Shown here piece by piece: positions 16,737 through 25,256 of a DNA stretch of 64,000 nt. The position numbers and the translations under genes were made by a program. Positions within the stretch are counted from its first letter, which is position 1; the number at the start of each line of letters is the position of its first letter. The stretch spans positions 32,356 to 96,355 of IMG/VR virus record IMGVR_UViG_2841531823_000001; one strand, 5' to 3'. The notes beneath the pieces are model-generated. The model did no database searches, was not told the DNA's origin, and worked only from the letters and a program-made list of their open reading frames with translations. Source of the DNA: a virus (lineage: Duplodnaviria > Caudoviricetes).

Positions 16737-18076
16737 GCCGCTGCCCCCATCACTTCACGGATGGCGGTCTCGCTGGTGCTGATGAACTCGGCCGCCGTTA
16801 CCGGGTCGATCGCGTTTCCATAGCCCCGCAGGCGCATCACTCTACGGGCATCTCCTTTGGCTTTCGGGGCGAGCGGGAAGGAAGCGGGCACGAAAGCGCC
16901 GCTACGCACCAACTCGGCGGGTATCTCATCAGCCATCCCGAGAACCGAGGATTGAGCTGGCCGCCACTTGCCATCCCGGCAGAGGAGCCAGTCAGGAGCG
17001 TCCCAGATGCCGTGAGCCGGGCCGGGCCGGTCACGCTGCACAACTCCACCGTCTTGCGGCTGCTGTCCGTGTTGCCCGCCGGGTTGTTCCCGTTCTGCGC
17101 TGGCGTTCCAGCCATCGGCGTCGGCCAAGCGGCGATCGTCGCACCGCAGGACAGCAGCGTGAACGCCTGCTCCGATAACGGCTTGCCCCTCGGGTGTTCC
17201 GCTCTCGCGTCCAGAAACTCCTGCGTTCCAGAAGCGCCCTTCCAGTCCCGAGCGGAGGCCGTTGCCCAGCCCGCAAGCTGGGTCGCCATGCCCAGCGTCA
17301 TCCCGAAGCCATTGTTGCCGTGACGGACCTTGCACTCCTCCCGGCGCTGCTCCCAGCGCGTATCCGTGTCGTTCTGCGGCCCGGCGTTCGGCGTCGGCCA
17401 GCCCGCAAGCATCGCGTGATCCGCAAGCTGCTGGGAATGCTTCTTCCCGCCCGGAAGCGCCCGCTTCGCCTGCCCGCCGCCGCTCCCGTCCGATGCGTTC
17501 GGCGTCGGCCAGCCATTCATGGGCAACGGCGACGAAGAAGGTGCGCTGTCGGATGTGGAACGCGCCGACGCCCGCAGCCGGAATATCTGACGCCCCAACG
17601 GCGTAACGTGCGGCTTCCAGGCGGTCTGATAGATCATCGAGCCATGCCCACGGAGGCGCGACTGCAGCGCCGCCTCGAGCGCGACCTGCAGCCTTTCCGA
17701 AGACCTCCGCGCTGGCGACTTGCTCGCCAAACAGCACTCCGGGGCGGACGGCCCGGACCAGCCGAACAAAATGCGGTGCAAGGTGGCGGGGATCGTCGCG
17801 GGACAGTCCTTTCCCGGCGGCGGAGAAAGGCTGACAGGGAGGGCTACCCGTCCACACGGATCTGTCGTCAGGCCATCCGGCGAGGCGGAGGGCTCGGCTC
17901 CATCCGCCGATGCCGGCGAAGAAGTGCCATTGGGTGAAGCCTCTGAGATCATCAGGGGAAACATCGAGTATTGATCGGTCATCCACCTCTCCATCAGCGA
18001 TGAGGCCGCGCTTGATGAGCTCGCGCAGCCATGCCGCCGCGCCGGGGTCGAACTCGTTGTAATAGGCGCCGCTCAT
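16733..18076 (-). CDS. C5-cytosine DNA methyltransferase, alpha polypeptide
   Basis: Motif I FFAGIGG, IV SPPCQPFS, VI GEQV, VIII HIRQRTFFVA, X GYGNAI; no recognisable motif IX. Confidence 0.88.
   Translation of the reverse strand: MSGAYYNEFDPGAAAWLRELIKRGLIADGEVDDRSILDVSPDDLRGFTQWHFFAGIGGWSRALRLAGWPDDRSVWTGSPPCQPFSAAGKGLSRDDPRHLAPHFVRLVRAVRPGVLFGEQVASAEVFGKAAGRARGGAAVAPPWAWLDDLSDRLEAARYAVGASDIPAAGVGAFHIRQRTFFVAVAHEWLADAERIGRERRRAGEAGASGREEAFPAACGSRDACGLADAERRAAERHGYALGAAPGGVQGPSRQQWLRDDAGHGDPACGLGNGLRSGLEGRFWNAGVSGRESGTPEGQAVIGAGVHAAVLRCDDRRLADADGWNASAEREQPGGQHGQQPQDGGVVQRDRPGPAHGIWDAPDWLLCRDGKWRPAQSSVLGMADEIPAELVRSGAFVPASFPLAPKAKGDARRVMRLRGYGNAIDPVTAAEFISTSETAIREVMGAAA
16837..17982 (-). CDS. 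Nested alternative-frame polypeptide (beta) of the C5 methyltransferase
   Basis: 381-codon open frame inside the alpha gene; GAGG RBS before MTDQYSMF; WPTP repeats; C-terminal LNPRFSGWLMRYPPSW resembles motif IX. Confidence 0.7.
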   Translation of the reverse strand: MTDQYSMFPLMISEASPNGTSSPASADGAEPSASPDGLTTDPCGRVALPVSLSPPPGKDCPATIPATLHRILFGWSGPSAPECCLASKSPARRSSERLQVALEAALQSRLRGHGSMIYQTAWKPHVTPLGRQIFRLRASARSTSDSAPSSSPLPMNGWPTPNASDGSGGGQAKRALPGGKKHSQQLADHAMLAGWPTPNAGPQNDTDTRWEQRREECKVRHGNNGFGMTLGMATQLAGWATASARDWKGASGTQEFLDARAEHPRGKPLSEQAFTLLSCGATIAAWPTPMAGTPAQNGNNPAGNTDSSRKTVELCSVTGPARLTASGTLLTGSSAGMASGGQLNPRFSGWLMRYPPSWCVAALSCPLPSRSPRKPKEMPVE

Positions 18077-18654
18077 GCCGCCACCGCCTTTTGCAGCGCC
18101 TCGCGTGCAGCCTGCTCGCGCGCCGCTACGTCCGCCATTTGGGCCGCAATTTGGGATACACGAAACTCCGCGAGAGAGAGCTTCGGGGTCCACGTCTTCC
18201 CCCTCGGGGGGAGATTGAGGCGCGCGGCGATGATGCGCACGGTGTCGCGGTTCACCCCGATGCACTGACCGATCTCGATGTTGCTGACGCCGGCCTCGAA
18301 CATGGCCTTGAAGAGCTTGACGTCGATCTCTGGCCGCCTGCCACCGGGGGGGCGCTTGGATAGACCGAGTGCCTTGGCAATCTCGGTGGCGGTTTGCTTG
18401 CGGGGTGAACCGAGGGCGCTGGAGATGTCGTCACGCTTCATGCTCGGGTTGCGCCACATCGCCTCGAATGCCGCCCGGGAGATCCGGCGGCGGCTGACCT
18501 CGGCTTTGAACGGGATGTCGTGGGCGGACGCGAACTTCCAGATCGTGTTCCATTTCTCGCCTAGCCGATCGGCCGCCTGCCGGACCGTGAGCCCCTGAGC
18601 CGCGAGGTTGCGAAGCAGCGCGATGCGCTCCTGCGTGCGTTGCGCGCGCCCCAT
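18073..18654 (-). CDS. Multi-HTH DNA-binding protein
   Basis: Repeated HTH-like segments (LTVRQAADRLG; VSNIEIGQCIGVNRDTV). Confidence 0.7.
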   Translation of the reverse strand: MGRAQRTQERIALLRNLAAQGLTVRQAADRLGEKWNTIWKFASAHDIPFKAEVSRRRISRAAFEAMWRNPSMKRDDISSALGSPRKQTATEIAKALGLSKRPPGGRRPEIDVKLFKAMFEAGVSNIEIGQCIGVNRDTVRIIAARLNLPPRGKTWTPKLSLAEFRVSQIAAQMADVAAREQAAREALQKAVAA

Positions 18655-18659
18655 TGCCG

Positions 18660-18839
18660 TCAGCCAAACAGCGCGCGGAAGGCGACGGCCCAGAACATGC
18701 CCCCGGTCAACACCGCGGGGATGAGCCACCAGCCAGAAGGAAGGCGGTTCTCGGCCTCAGGGATCTCGTCGGCCTCTGGCGGCGCGTTTGCGGTCAGAAG
18801 ATGCAGGGTGGTGTCGATGGTGTTGGCGTTATTGACCAT
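18660..18839 (-). CDS. Small membrane protein, 59 aa
   Basis: MVNNANT...RLPSGWWLIPAVLTGGMFWAVAFRALFG. Confidence 0.55.
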   Translation of the reverse strand: MVNNANTIDTTLHLLTANAPPEADEIPEAENRLPSGWWLIPAVLTGGMFWAVAFRALFG

Positions 18840-18899
18840 TTGGGATTACCAGTCAGTCCGAATTATCTACGAAAACAAGCCCATGACGGGCTTGCCTAG

Positions 18900-19163
18900 T
18901 CACTTTTTTTGCCCATATTGGTCAGTGACGGCGCCGTTGGCGGGTCGACCGTGAAGCTCCTCAAGGGTGACCTTGATCCCGAGGCGTTTGGCTGACGCGA
19001 GGATAGCGTGGTGGTGCTTGGGCGGGATGTGCCCCCGCCCATGCATCTTGTGGACGACGTGAGGCTTGACGCCGAGCTCGTTGGCGAGCCCGCGGCGGCT
19101 CGGCCAGCGGCCGATCACGTCGGAGATGATGGTGTTTGTGGGTGGGGATGGTGCTCTGCTCAT
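18900..19163 (-). CDS. Cro-like HTH regulator
   Basis: VIGRWPSRRGLANELGV...RGHIPPKHH; divergent from the repressor. Confidence 0.75.
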   Translation of the reverse strand: MSRAPSPPTNTIISDVIGRWPSRRGLANELGVKPHVVHKMHGRGHIPPKHHHAILASAKRLGIKVTLEELHGRPANGAVTDQYGQKK

Positions 19164-19178
19164 GGTTTCGGGAGAATA

Positions 19179-19871
19179 ATGACCAGAATGGTTATCGGTC
19201 AAGTGCCCAAGTTGGAGATTGCCGGTTCGTGCGCGGTTTCGGATAACCCGCTTGAACGGGGGAATCTTTTGGCCGCGCCAGGAACGCTACATTTCGAGAT
19301 GATGCCGGAGAGGATCGGACGACGGCTCCGGTTCCTTCGGAAGGCACATGGATTACGTTCGGCGGAGATCGCAGACCTGGTGGGCATTCCGCGCACCTAC
19401 TGGTCACGGTTCGAACTCGGACGCCGCGCGCTCACCAACGACGTGGCGGCGTCCCTGTGTGATCGATTTGGGGTTTCGCTGGACTATCTGATACTTGGTC
19501 GGATGAGCGGGATGCCCTTTGAGATGGTCGAGAAGCTCCGCGAGGTTGAGTCGGCGGAGGCTGCCGGAGCATCTTCCGACGCCGACGATGGCGATGCGCC
19601 CAAGCCGCGTCGTCGCGCTTCGAAGAACAAGACGTCGAGCGACTGACCAGTCTCCAGGGCCACGCTGGCCAGCGCGAGCAATTCGGGATTGTCGCGCCAG
19701 TACTCACCAGATTCGCTAGTCAAAATTTCCACTCCCTCTAAAGGCTTGCGGTTTCCGCAGGCCTTTTCGCCTTTTGCACCACCGCTGCAGACTGGCAAGT
19801 CCGGGCTGCGACGTATTGTGAGAATGTCCATACGGGACATCTTCAGTCTTGACTATGACCGATTTGGACAT
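19179..19871. promoter_or_regulatory. Prophage 1 operators, consensus ATGWCC-N5-GGWCAT, in divergent promoters
   Basis: Copies at 19179-19195, 19824-19840 and 19855-19871, weaker ones at 19203-19219 and 18909-18925; the 19855 copy follows the TTGACT -35 at 19849, the 19179 copy lies in the cro promoter. Confidence 0.7.
19299..19646 (+). CDS. CI-like XRE repressor without S24 peptidase domain
   Basis: IGRRLRFLRK..IADLVGI..WSRFELG..FGVSLDYLILG; start uncertain. Confidence 0.8.
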   Translation: MMPERIGRRLRFLRKAHGLRSAEIADLVGIPRTYWSRFELGRRALTNDVAASLCDRFGVSLDYLILGRMSGMPFEMVEKLREVESAEAAGASSDADDGDAPKPRRRASKNKTSSD

Positions 19872-19903
19872 TTACGGTGTGTCTCGCAGCATGGAGGCAC
19901 ACC

Positions 19904-20200
19904 ATGGAAACCCCCAAACCTACTACCGCAGGCGGTAACGCCGCGGGTCTGAAAGACAATTGCACCGCAGGTTGTGCGACCCCTTGGGCGACGCGCCGCC
20001 GCGATGAGACATTCCGTCGCTCCCTGTTCTTCATGGTGCTGTCCGAGCGTCAGCGCCGGCGTCGGGCCGAGTTCTGGCTCGATCTGTGGGCGGTGGCGGC
20101 CCTCGTCGGCCTTCTCGCGCTGGCCGCTTGGGTGGCAACCGGGCTGATCGGCGACGGTGCCGGAGCCGGAGCCGGCGTTGCGCTGGCAGGGTGGCCGTGA
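19904..20200 (+). CDS. Early membrane protein
   Basis: GGAGG RBS, C-terminal hydrophobic helix. Confidence 0.55.
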   Translation: METPKPTTAGGNAAGLKDNCTAGCATPWATRRRDETFRRSLFFMVLSERQRRRRAEFWLDLWAVAALVGLLALAAWVATGLIGDGAGAGAGVALAGWP

Positions 20201-20322
20201 TGCGAGAGGCCCTCGTCATTTCTCTCGCACTGGTGGTGATGGCTCTGTGCGGCCGCACCATGATCGAGGCGCCGGCCAAGGTCGCCGCCACCATCCTGCA
20301 GGCGCAGGACCAGCGCTGGTGA
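20200..20322 (+). CDS. Small hypothetical protein
   Basis: TGATG coupling. Confidence 0.45.
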   Translation: MREALVISLALVVMALCGRTMIEAPAKVAATILQAQDQRW

Positions 20323-20540
20323 GCGATCATCTTCCCGCATGGATGATGTCCTCATGCCGCGCGACTGCGGAAGAGGACGCGCGCCGTGAGCGCGAGATGA
20401 ACGAGCAGATCGAGGCGGAGCGGGCCAGATGCCGCCGCCTCGGAATCCACAACCCACACCTCGGACTTGACCGGAGCGCCACGGGCGCAAGCCCGGCGAG
20501 CGTCACCGGCTACGGCTGGATGGCGGCCCGCGGTGAATGA
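20319..20540 (+). CDS. Hypothetical protein
   Basis: GTGA coupling. Confidence 0.5.
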   Translation: MSDHLPAWMMSSCRATAEEDARREREMNEQIEAERARCRRLGIHNPHLGLDRSATGASPASVTGYGWMAARGE

Positions 20541-20559
20541 TCTGCAGGAGGCAGAGACC

Positions 20560-20784
20560 ATGCGCACGCACTACCGCAACAAGCTGACCGGGGAGGAGGT
20601 GGCGCTGACCGCCGCCGCCGAAGACCGCTTCTTCGACAACCGCTCGCCGTTCGAATGGGAGCGGGTGGAGGAGCCCGCATCGCGCACCGTCTACGAGCCA
20701 TATCCGGGCGCGTTCGACCACATTCTTGGGCCTGAGGCCCCGCGCACCCTGCGCGAGTTCGTCACGGACGAGGTGGAAGCATGA
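20560..20784 (+). CDS. Hypothetical protein
   Basis: AGGAGG RBS, MRTHYRNK. Confidence 0.65.
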   Translation: MRTHYRNKLTGEEVALTAAAEDRFFDNRSPFEWERVEEPASRTVYEPYPGAFDHILGPEAPRTLREFVTDEVEA

Positions 20785-21014
20785 CCGCCGCCCTCCGCGC
20801 CATGGCTCGCCATCATGGCACCCACGCGCACACCGCGGAGCAGCGGGCCGCTGCATCCGATCTACTCGCGGATCTCGAGCGCGCCCCGCGGTTCCGGGTG
20901 GAGTGCGATCGCACCTGTCGCTCGCTGGAGGGCGGGATCCATTCGGAAGCTGCGGCGGTGGCCGCGGCGATGGGAGCGGGCTTCAAGGATTACCACATCA
21001 CGAGGATCGGATGA
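20781..21014 (+). CDS. Hypothetical protein
   Basis: ATGA coupling. Confidence 0.55.
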   Translation: MTAALRAMARHHGTHAHTAEQRAAASDLLADLERAPRFRVECDRTCRSLEGGIHSEAAAVAAAMGAGFKDYHITRIG

Positions 21015-21391
21015 TCCGCCAGCCCTCATCCGTGTCGGCACTCTACGCCTGGTGGAACGCCGCGCTGCGCGACCCCAGCACGCCGCGGCATGAGGGCGTG
21101 CCGGAAGCCGGTTTCTACAAGACCCGCCTCGTCCGTGGCGGGCCATGGGTGCCGGTGCGGCTCTATGTTGAGCGCGAGATCGACCCGGAGACGGGCGAAC
21201 TGCTCGGCCCGGAGCGCATCGTCGCCGAATGCGAGGGCGAGCGGCGCAACGCCGCGAAGCTCTGGCTTCACCTCACCCCGATTTCGCGGGCCGAGTTCGA
21301 TGAGCTCACCGAGCGGCCCAAGAGCATCCCCGCCATGGCGGCCACGCGGGCCGCTGTGGATCTCACCCTCTCACCGATGAGGCCATTCTGA
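21011..21391 (+). CDS. Conserved phage hypothetical protein
   Basis: PEAGFYKTRLVRGGPWVPVRL motif seen in alphaproteobacterial phages. Confidence 0.7.
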   Translation: MIRQPSSVSALYAWWNAALRDPSTPRHEGVPEAGFYKTRLVRGGPWVPVRLYVEREIDPETGELLGPERIVAECEGERRNAAKLWLHLTPISRAEFDELTERPKSIPAMAATRAAVDLTLSPMRPF

Positions 21392-22149
21392 TGCTGGACA
21401 ATGACGCGCCGCCGCCGGCAGGCCACAACAACCCGCCGCCGGATCTGCCCTACGATCCCGAGAAGCTCGCGACCTGCGAGGAGAAGGCGCGCGAGTTCGC
21501 CGATGCGGCGGGCGACTGGATCGCGCTCGGCAGGATCGAAACGACGGAGCAGGCCGAGAAGGCCACCGATTTCGTGGCGGGCGGCCGTGCCCTCCTGAAG
21601 AAGATCCAGGCGACCCAGAAGGCGGCCAAGGAGCCCTGGGCGGTCAAGGCCACGGCCGCTTTCGACGCATTCAAGCCGGCGATCGAGATGCTCACGCGCT
21701 CGAACGATACGGTTCTGCGGATCCTGAACGACTTCCTCGAGCGCGAGCGGGTGCGGAAGCTGAAGGAGAAGCGCGAAGCCGAGGAGAAAGCGCGCGCCGA
21801 GCAGGAAGCCGCCCGTAAGGCTGCGGCCGAGGCAGCTGCGCGCGGCGACATCGCGGGGCAGGTGGATGCCGAGAAGGCCGCGAAGGAAGCCGAGAAGGCC
21901 GCGAAGAAGGCCGCGAAGGCTCCCGAGGTCAAGGTCGGCTCCGCCACCGGCGCCGGGCGGACGATCAGCCAGCGCGAGGTCCGGTCCGCGAAGATCCTGA
22001 ACCAGAACCTCGTCTACATGCACTTCCGCGATCACCCCGATGTGGTCGCTGTCCTGCAGCGTCTCGCCGACGCCGAGTACCGCGCGAAGGGCGGCGAGAA
22101 CGCGAAGATCCCCGGAACCGAACTGGTCGTTGAGATGAGGGCCGCATGA
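21391..22149 (+). CDS. Coiled-coil recombination-region protein (Gam/Gp157-like)
   Basis: GHNNPP N-terminus, long coiled coil, C-terminal KIPGTE; directly upstream of RecT. Confidence 0.65.
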   Translation: MLDNDAPPPAGHNNPPPDLPYDPEKLATCEEKAREFADAAGDWIALGRIETTEQAEKATDFVAGGRALLKKIQATQKAAKEPWAVKATAAFDAFKPAIEMLTRSNDTVLRILNDFLERERVRKLKEKREAEEKARAEQEAARKAAAEAAARGDIAGQVDAEKAAKEAEKAAKKAAKAPEVKVGSATGAGRTISQREVRSAKILNQNLVYMHFRDHPDVVAVLQRLADAEYRAKGGENAKIPGTELVVEMRAA

Positions 22150-23483
22150 GCACCGAAAACCGCATTCCCGTCTCGCAACTTCCGCTGCGGCAGGTGCCCA
22201 GCGTCCGTGCCCTGCTGGTGAACGACAACGCCCGCGACCAGCTGTCCGCCGTTGCCGCCAAGCATATGAACCCTGAGCGAATGATGCGGGTGGTGGCGAA
22301 CGCCATCCGCACGACTCCGAAGCTGCAGGACTGTGAGCCGATGAGCTTCCTCGGCGCGCTCATGCAGTGCGCGGCGCTCGGGCTCGAGCCCAACACGATC
22401 CTTGGCCACGCCTACCTGATCCCATTCGAGAACAGCCGGAAGCGCATCGGCCCGGACGGAAAGCCGGTGAAGGGCGCCGACGGGCGGGACATCTGGGACA
22501 AGATCCCCGAGGTGCAGTTGATCGTCGGCTACAAGGGCCTGATCGACCTTGCGCGCCGGTCCGGGCACATCACGAGCATCGCGGCGAACATCCACTATTC
22601 CGACGATGAGCTCTGGGAATACGAGGAGGGCACTGAGGCGACCCTGCGGCACCGGCCCGGCCCGCAGGAGGGCAAGAAGCTGCACGCCTATGCCATCGCG
22701 AAATTCAAGGACGGCGGCCACGCCTATGTGGTGCTGCCTTGGAAGGTCGTGATGAGGGTCCGGGACGGCTCGCAGAATTGGCAGAGCGCGGTACGGAACG
22801 GCAAGACCAACAAGAACCCGTGGTTCACCCACGAGGACGCCATGGCGATGAAGAGCGCCGTGCGGGCGCTGTCCAAGTACCTGCCGCTCTCCGTCGAGTT
22901 CATGGACGCCATGTCGGTCGACGAGCAGCGGGCTGACTATCGCGCCTTTGCCATGAACCCCGATGCCGGACTGACGATCGAGGGCGAGGCCGAGGAGGGC
23001 CACGATCCCGAGACCGGCGAGGTGCGGGACGAGCAGCCCAAGCAGGTCGAGAACATGCGGACGCTGAACGACGCGACGCAGGAGCGGCAGCGCGAGCCTG
23101 CCCCGGCGGCGCGCCAGCGCCGGCAGGAGAAGGCGCGCGAAGATGCGACGCCCTACGCGCAGAACCCGGCGGCCGAGGATCTCATCGCCAAGGAAGCGGC
23201 GCGCGTCGCCGCGGCCCGCGCGCAGGCGCAGGCCCAAGCGGAGGCTCCGCAGCGCAACGAGGGGCCGAGCCACGAGGCCGCGCTGCGCGGGCTGGCTGAT
23301 CGCATCAGCGACGACCTGCTCGACTGCGCCAGCGAGAACTCCGTGGATCAGGTGCTCGAGCTCTGGGCCGAGCACCTGGGCCAGATCGAGCGCGAGGCGC
23401 CCACGCTCCACGCCGAGATTCAGGAAGCCATCGCGCAGACGCGCGCTCGCGTGGGCGGCGGCCAAGCCTCGATGCGGATCTGA
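22146..23483 (+). CDS. recT: RecT family single-strand annealing protein
   Basis: PERMMRV..PKLQDC..LGLEPN..LGHAYLIPF..IVGYKGLIDLARRSG..KYLPLSVE. Confidence 0.92.
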   Translation: MSTENRIPVSQLPLRQVPSVRALLVNDNARDQLSAVAAKHMNPERMMRVVANAIRTTPKLQDCEPMSFLGALMQCAALGLEPNTILGHAYLIPFENSRKRIGPDGKPVKGADGRDIWDKIPEVQLIVGYKGLIDLARRSGHITSIAANIHYSDDELWEYEEGTEATLRHRPGPQEGKKLHAYAIAKFKDGGHAYVVLPWKVVMRVRDGSQNWQSAVRNGKTNKNPWFTHEDAMAMKSAVRALSKYLPLSVEFMDAMSVDEQRADYRAFAMNPDAGLTIEGEAEEGHDPETGEVRDEQPKQVENMRTLNDATQERQREPAPAARQRRQEKAREDATPYAQNPAAEDLIAKEAARVAAARAQAQAQAEAPQRNEGPSHEAALRGLADRISDDLLDCASENSVDQVLELWAEHLGQIEREAPTLHAEIQEAIAQTRARVGGGQASMRI

Positions 23484-23555
23484 CGCGCAGCCCGCGCGCC
23501 AGCACAGAATCCCCGCGCCGGGGGCCCCGGCGCATCTTCCACAAAGGATTGACCA

Positions 23556-24359
23556 GTGAAACGACTGTTCCTCTCGGCGGTTCTCGCCCTTGCCGCAGCC
23601 GCTGCGGTGGCGGCCGAACCCCTGACCATCGCAACCGGCAAGGCCGGCGGCGGCTACGACGCCCGCGCCCAGCAGATTGCACAGCGGCTCTATCAGCGCG
23701 GCACCGAGGCCGAGGTCGCCAATCTCAACGGCTCCGACGAGATCAGCCTCGCGGTCTGCGGCGGCCGGGCCGACGTGGGCCTCATGCAGATCGACGCGAT
23801 GTATGCGCGCTCGCTGGAAGGCTGCACCATGAAGCCGGTCGCGGTCTACGGGACCGAGTATGCCTTCCTCCTGTTCCCGCCCCGCTCCTCGAAGGATGAG
23901 CTTTCGGACCTTGGCGCATCTGATGCGATCCTGGTCGACACGATTGGCTCGGGCACTGATCTCTTCTGGCGCACCATCGTCAAGATCGAGAACAGCGACG
24001 ACGGCTCCAAGGATGCGTGGGCCAGCGCGCGCGCGGTGAACGACCCGCTCGAACTGGCGCAGGCATCGGCGGAGATGGGCGACATCGCGGCCGTCCTTCT
24101 CGTGCGGAAGCCGGATAGCCCGCACATCACGCGGCTCCTCGATCTCGGCTGGACTCTTGGCGAGATGTGGGACCGGGACATCAACGACCTGAGCTTCAAC
24201 GGCGGCAGCCTCTACATCGCCGAAAAGGCCACGGTGCAATTCGGGAAGCGGCGCTTCCGCGCCTGGGCCTATGCCGTCCGCTCCTTCATCGCCGTCTCGA
24301 GCAAGGTTGCCGCTGGCGACCGAACCATGTTCGCCGCCATCACAGGGGCCGCTCAGTGA
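23556..24359 (+). CDS. TAXI-like periplasmic solute-binding protein
   Basis: Signal peptide; LTIATGKAGGGY, NGSDEI, ADVGLMQIDA, IGSGT. Confidence 0.7.
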   Translation: MKRLFLSAVLALAAAAAVAAEPLTIATGKAGGGYDARAQQIAQRLYQRGTEAEVANLNGSDEISLAVCGGRADVGLMQIDAMYARSLEGCTMKPVAVYGTEYAFLLFPPRSSKDELSDLGASDAILVDTIGSGTDLFWRTIVKIENSDDGSKDAWASARAVNDPLELAQASAEMGDIAAVLLVRKPDSPHITRLLDLGWTLGEMWDRDINDLSFNGGSLYIAEKATVQFGKRRFRAWAYAVRSFIAVSSKVAAGDRTMFAAITGAAQ

Positions 24360-24523
24360 TCGCGCTCATCAGAGCCCACGCGCTGACTTGGGCCCTCAGC
24401 GCGGCTCTGACCATGGCCGCGCTCCGGTTCGTCACCCCGGCCTTTGTCGACATGATCTTCGACGCGGCGACCGTGGGCCTCGTGTGGCTCGCGGGCTGGC
24501 TCGGGAAGCCGACCCGCTCCTGA
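24356..24523 (+). CDS. Small two-helix membrane protein
   Basis: GTGA-coupled to the TAXI-like gene, hydrophobic. Confidence 0.55.
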   Translation: MIALIRAHALTWALSAALTMAALRFVTPAFVDMIFDAATVGLVWLAGWLGKPTRS

Positions 24524-24567
24524 CAGCATCCGCCGCCCCGGGATCGGGGCGGCGTCAACCTCGAGGG

Positions 24568-24867
24568 ATGAAGATGACCGTTCATTCGATGCCCCAGCGC
24601 CGGACCCTGCCTCTGCAGCTGGACGCGCACCGGCACACGCAAGCCTTTCTGATCTGGCGCTTCGCGAAGCCGCTCGATTGGGCCGTGACCGTGCGGCAGA
24701 TCCACGAGCACACCGGGATCCGCAAGGCCACGATCCGCGAGATCTGCAACGAGCGCCACTGGCCGGTTCTGGCCGACGCCGATGCGAAGCGCCGCACCTA
24801 TGACTTTGCCAGCATCTACGGCGACGAGAAGCCGGGCGTCCGCCCCGTCTACATGGAGTTCATCTGA
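24568..24867 (+). CDS. Hypothetical protein, HTH-like
   Basis: VTVRQIHEHTGIRKATIREIC. Confidence 0.6.
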   Translation: MKMTVHSMPQRRTLPLQLDAHRHTQAFLIWRFAKPLDWAVTVRQIHEHTGIRKATIREICNERHWPVLADADAKRRTYDFASIYGDEKPGVRPVYMEFI

Positions 24868-25256
24868 TGCTGACGGGCGAAGAGATCCGCGACTGGCACC
24901 GTGACGACGCCTGCGGCGCGCTGATCGAGATGGTGACGGACGCCATGTCGGCGAAGGCGCACCTTGATGAGATCACCGCGAAGCTCGGCCGCCGCGAATG
25001 TCAGGAGACCGCGCTGATTGCTGGCGCCGTCGAGAAGATCGACGCGCTGCTCCGCCTCCTGGGCGCCGCGGCGGAGGACGGGGCGAAGGCGCCTGACTTC
25101 AGCCATGTGCCCGAGCCGGAACGCTCCTTCTTCACGGGGAGCCAGTGGAGCCCCGAGGACATCGAGAAGATGCGGGCCGCGGCCTACGCGCCCGCGCAGT
25201 TCAACAAGATGCGGGCCGTGATGGCGGCCTATGCCGAGAAGGATGGAGAGCAGTGA
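24867..25256 (+). CDS. Hypothetical protein
   Basis: Coupled early gene. Confidence 0.6.
   Translation: MLTGEEIRDWHRDDACGALIEMVTDAMSAKAHLDEITAKLGRRECQETALIAGAVEKIDALLRLLGAAAEDGAKAPDFSHVPEPERSFFTGSQWSPEDIEKMRAAAYAPAQFNKMRAVMAAYAEKDGEQ

Noticed and set aside
21868-21920. Short tandem DNA repeats
   Set aside because: They encode AEKAAK coiled-coil repeats; no sign of a separate element
22032-24239. 735-aa minus-strand ORF
   Set aside because: Shadow of recT and the TAXI-like gene
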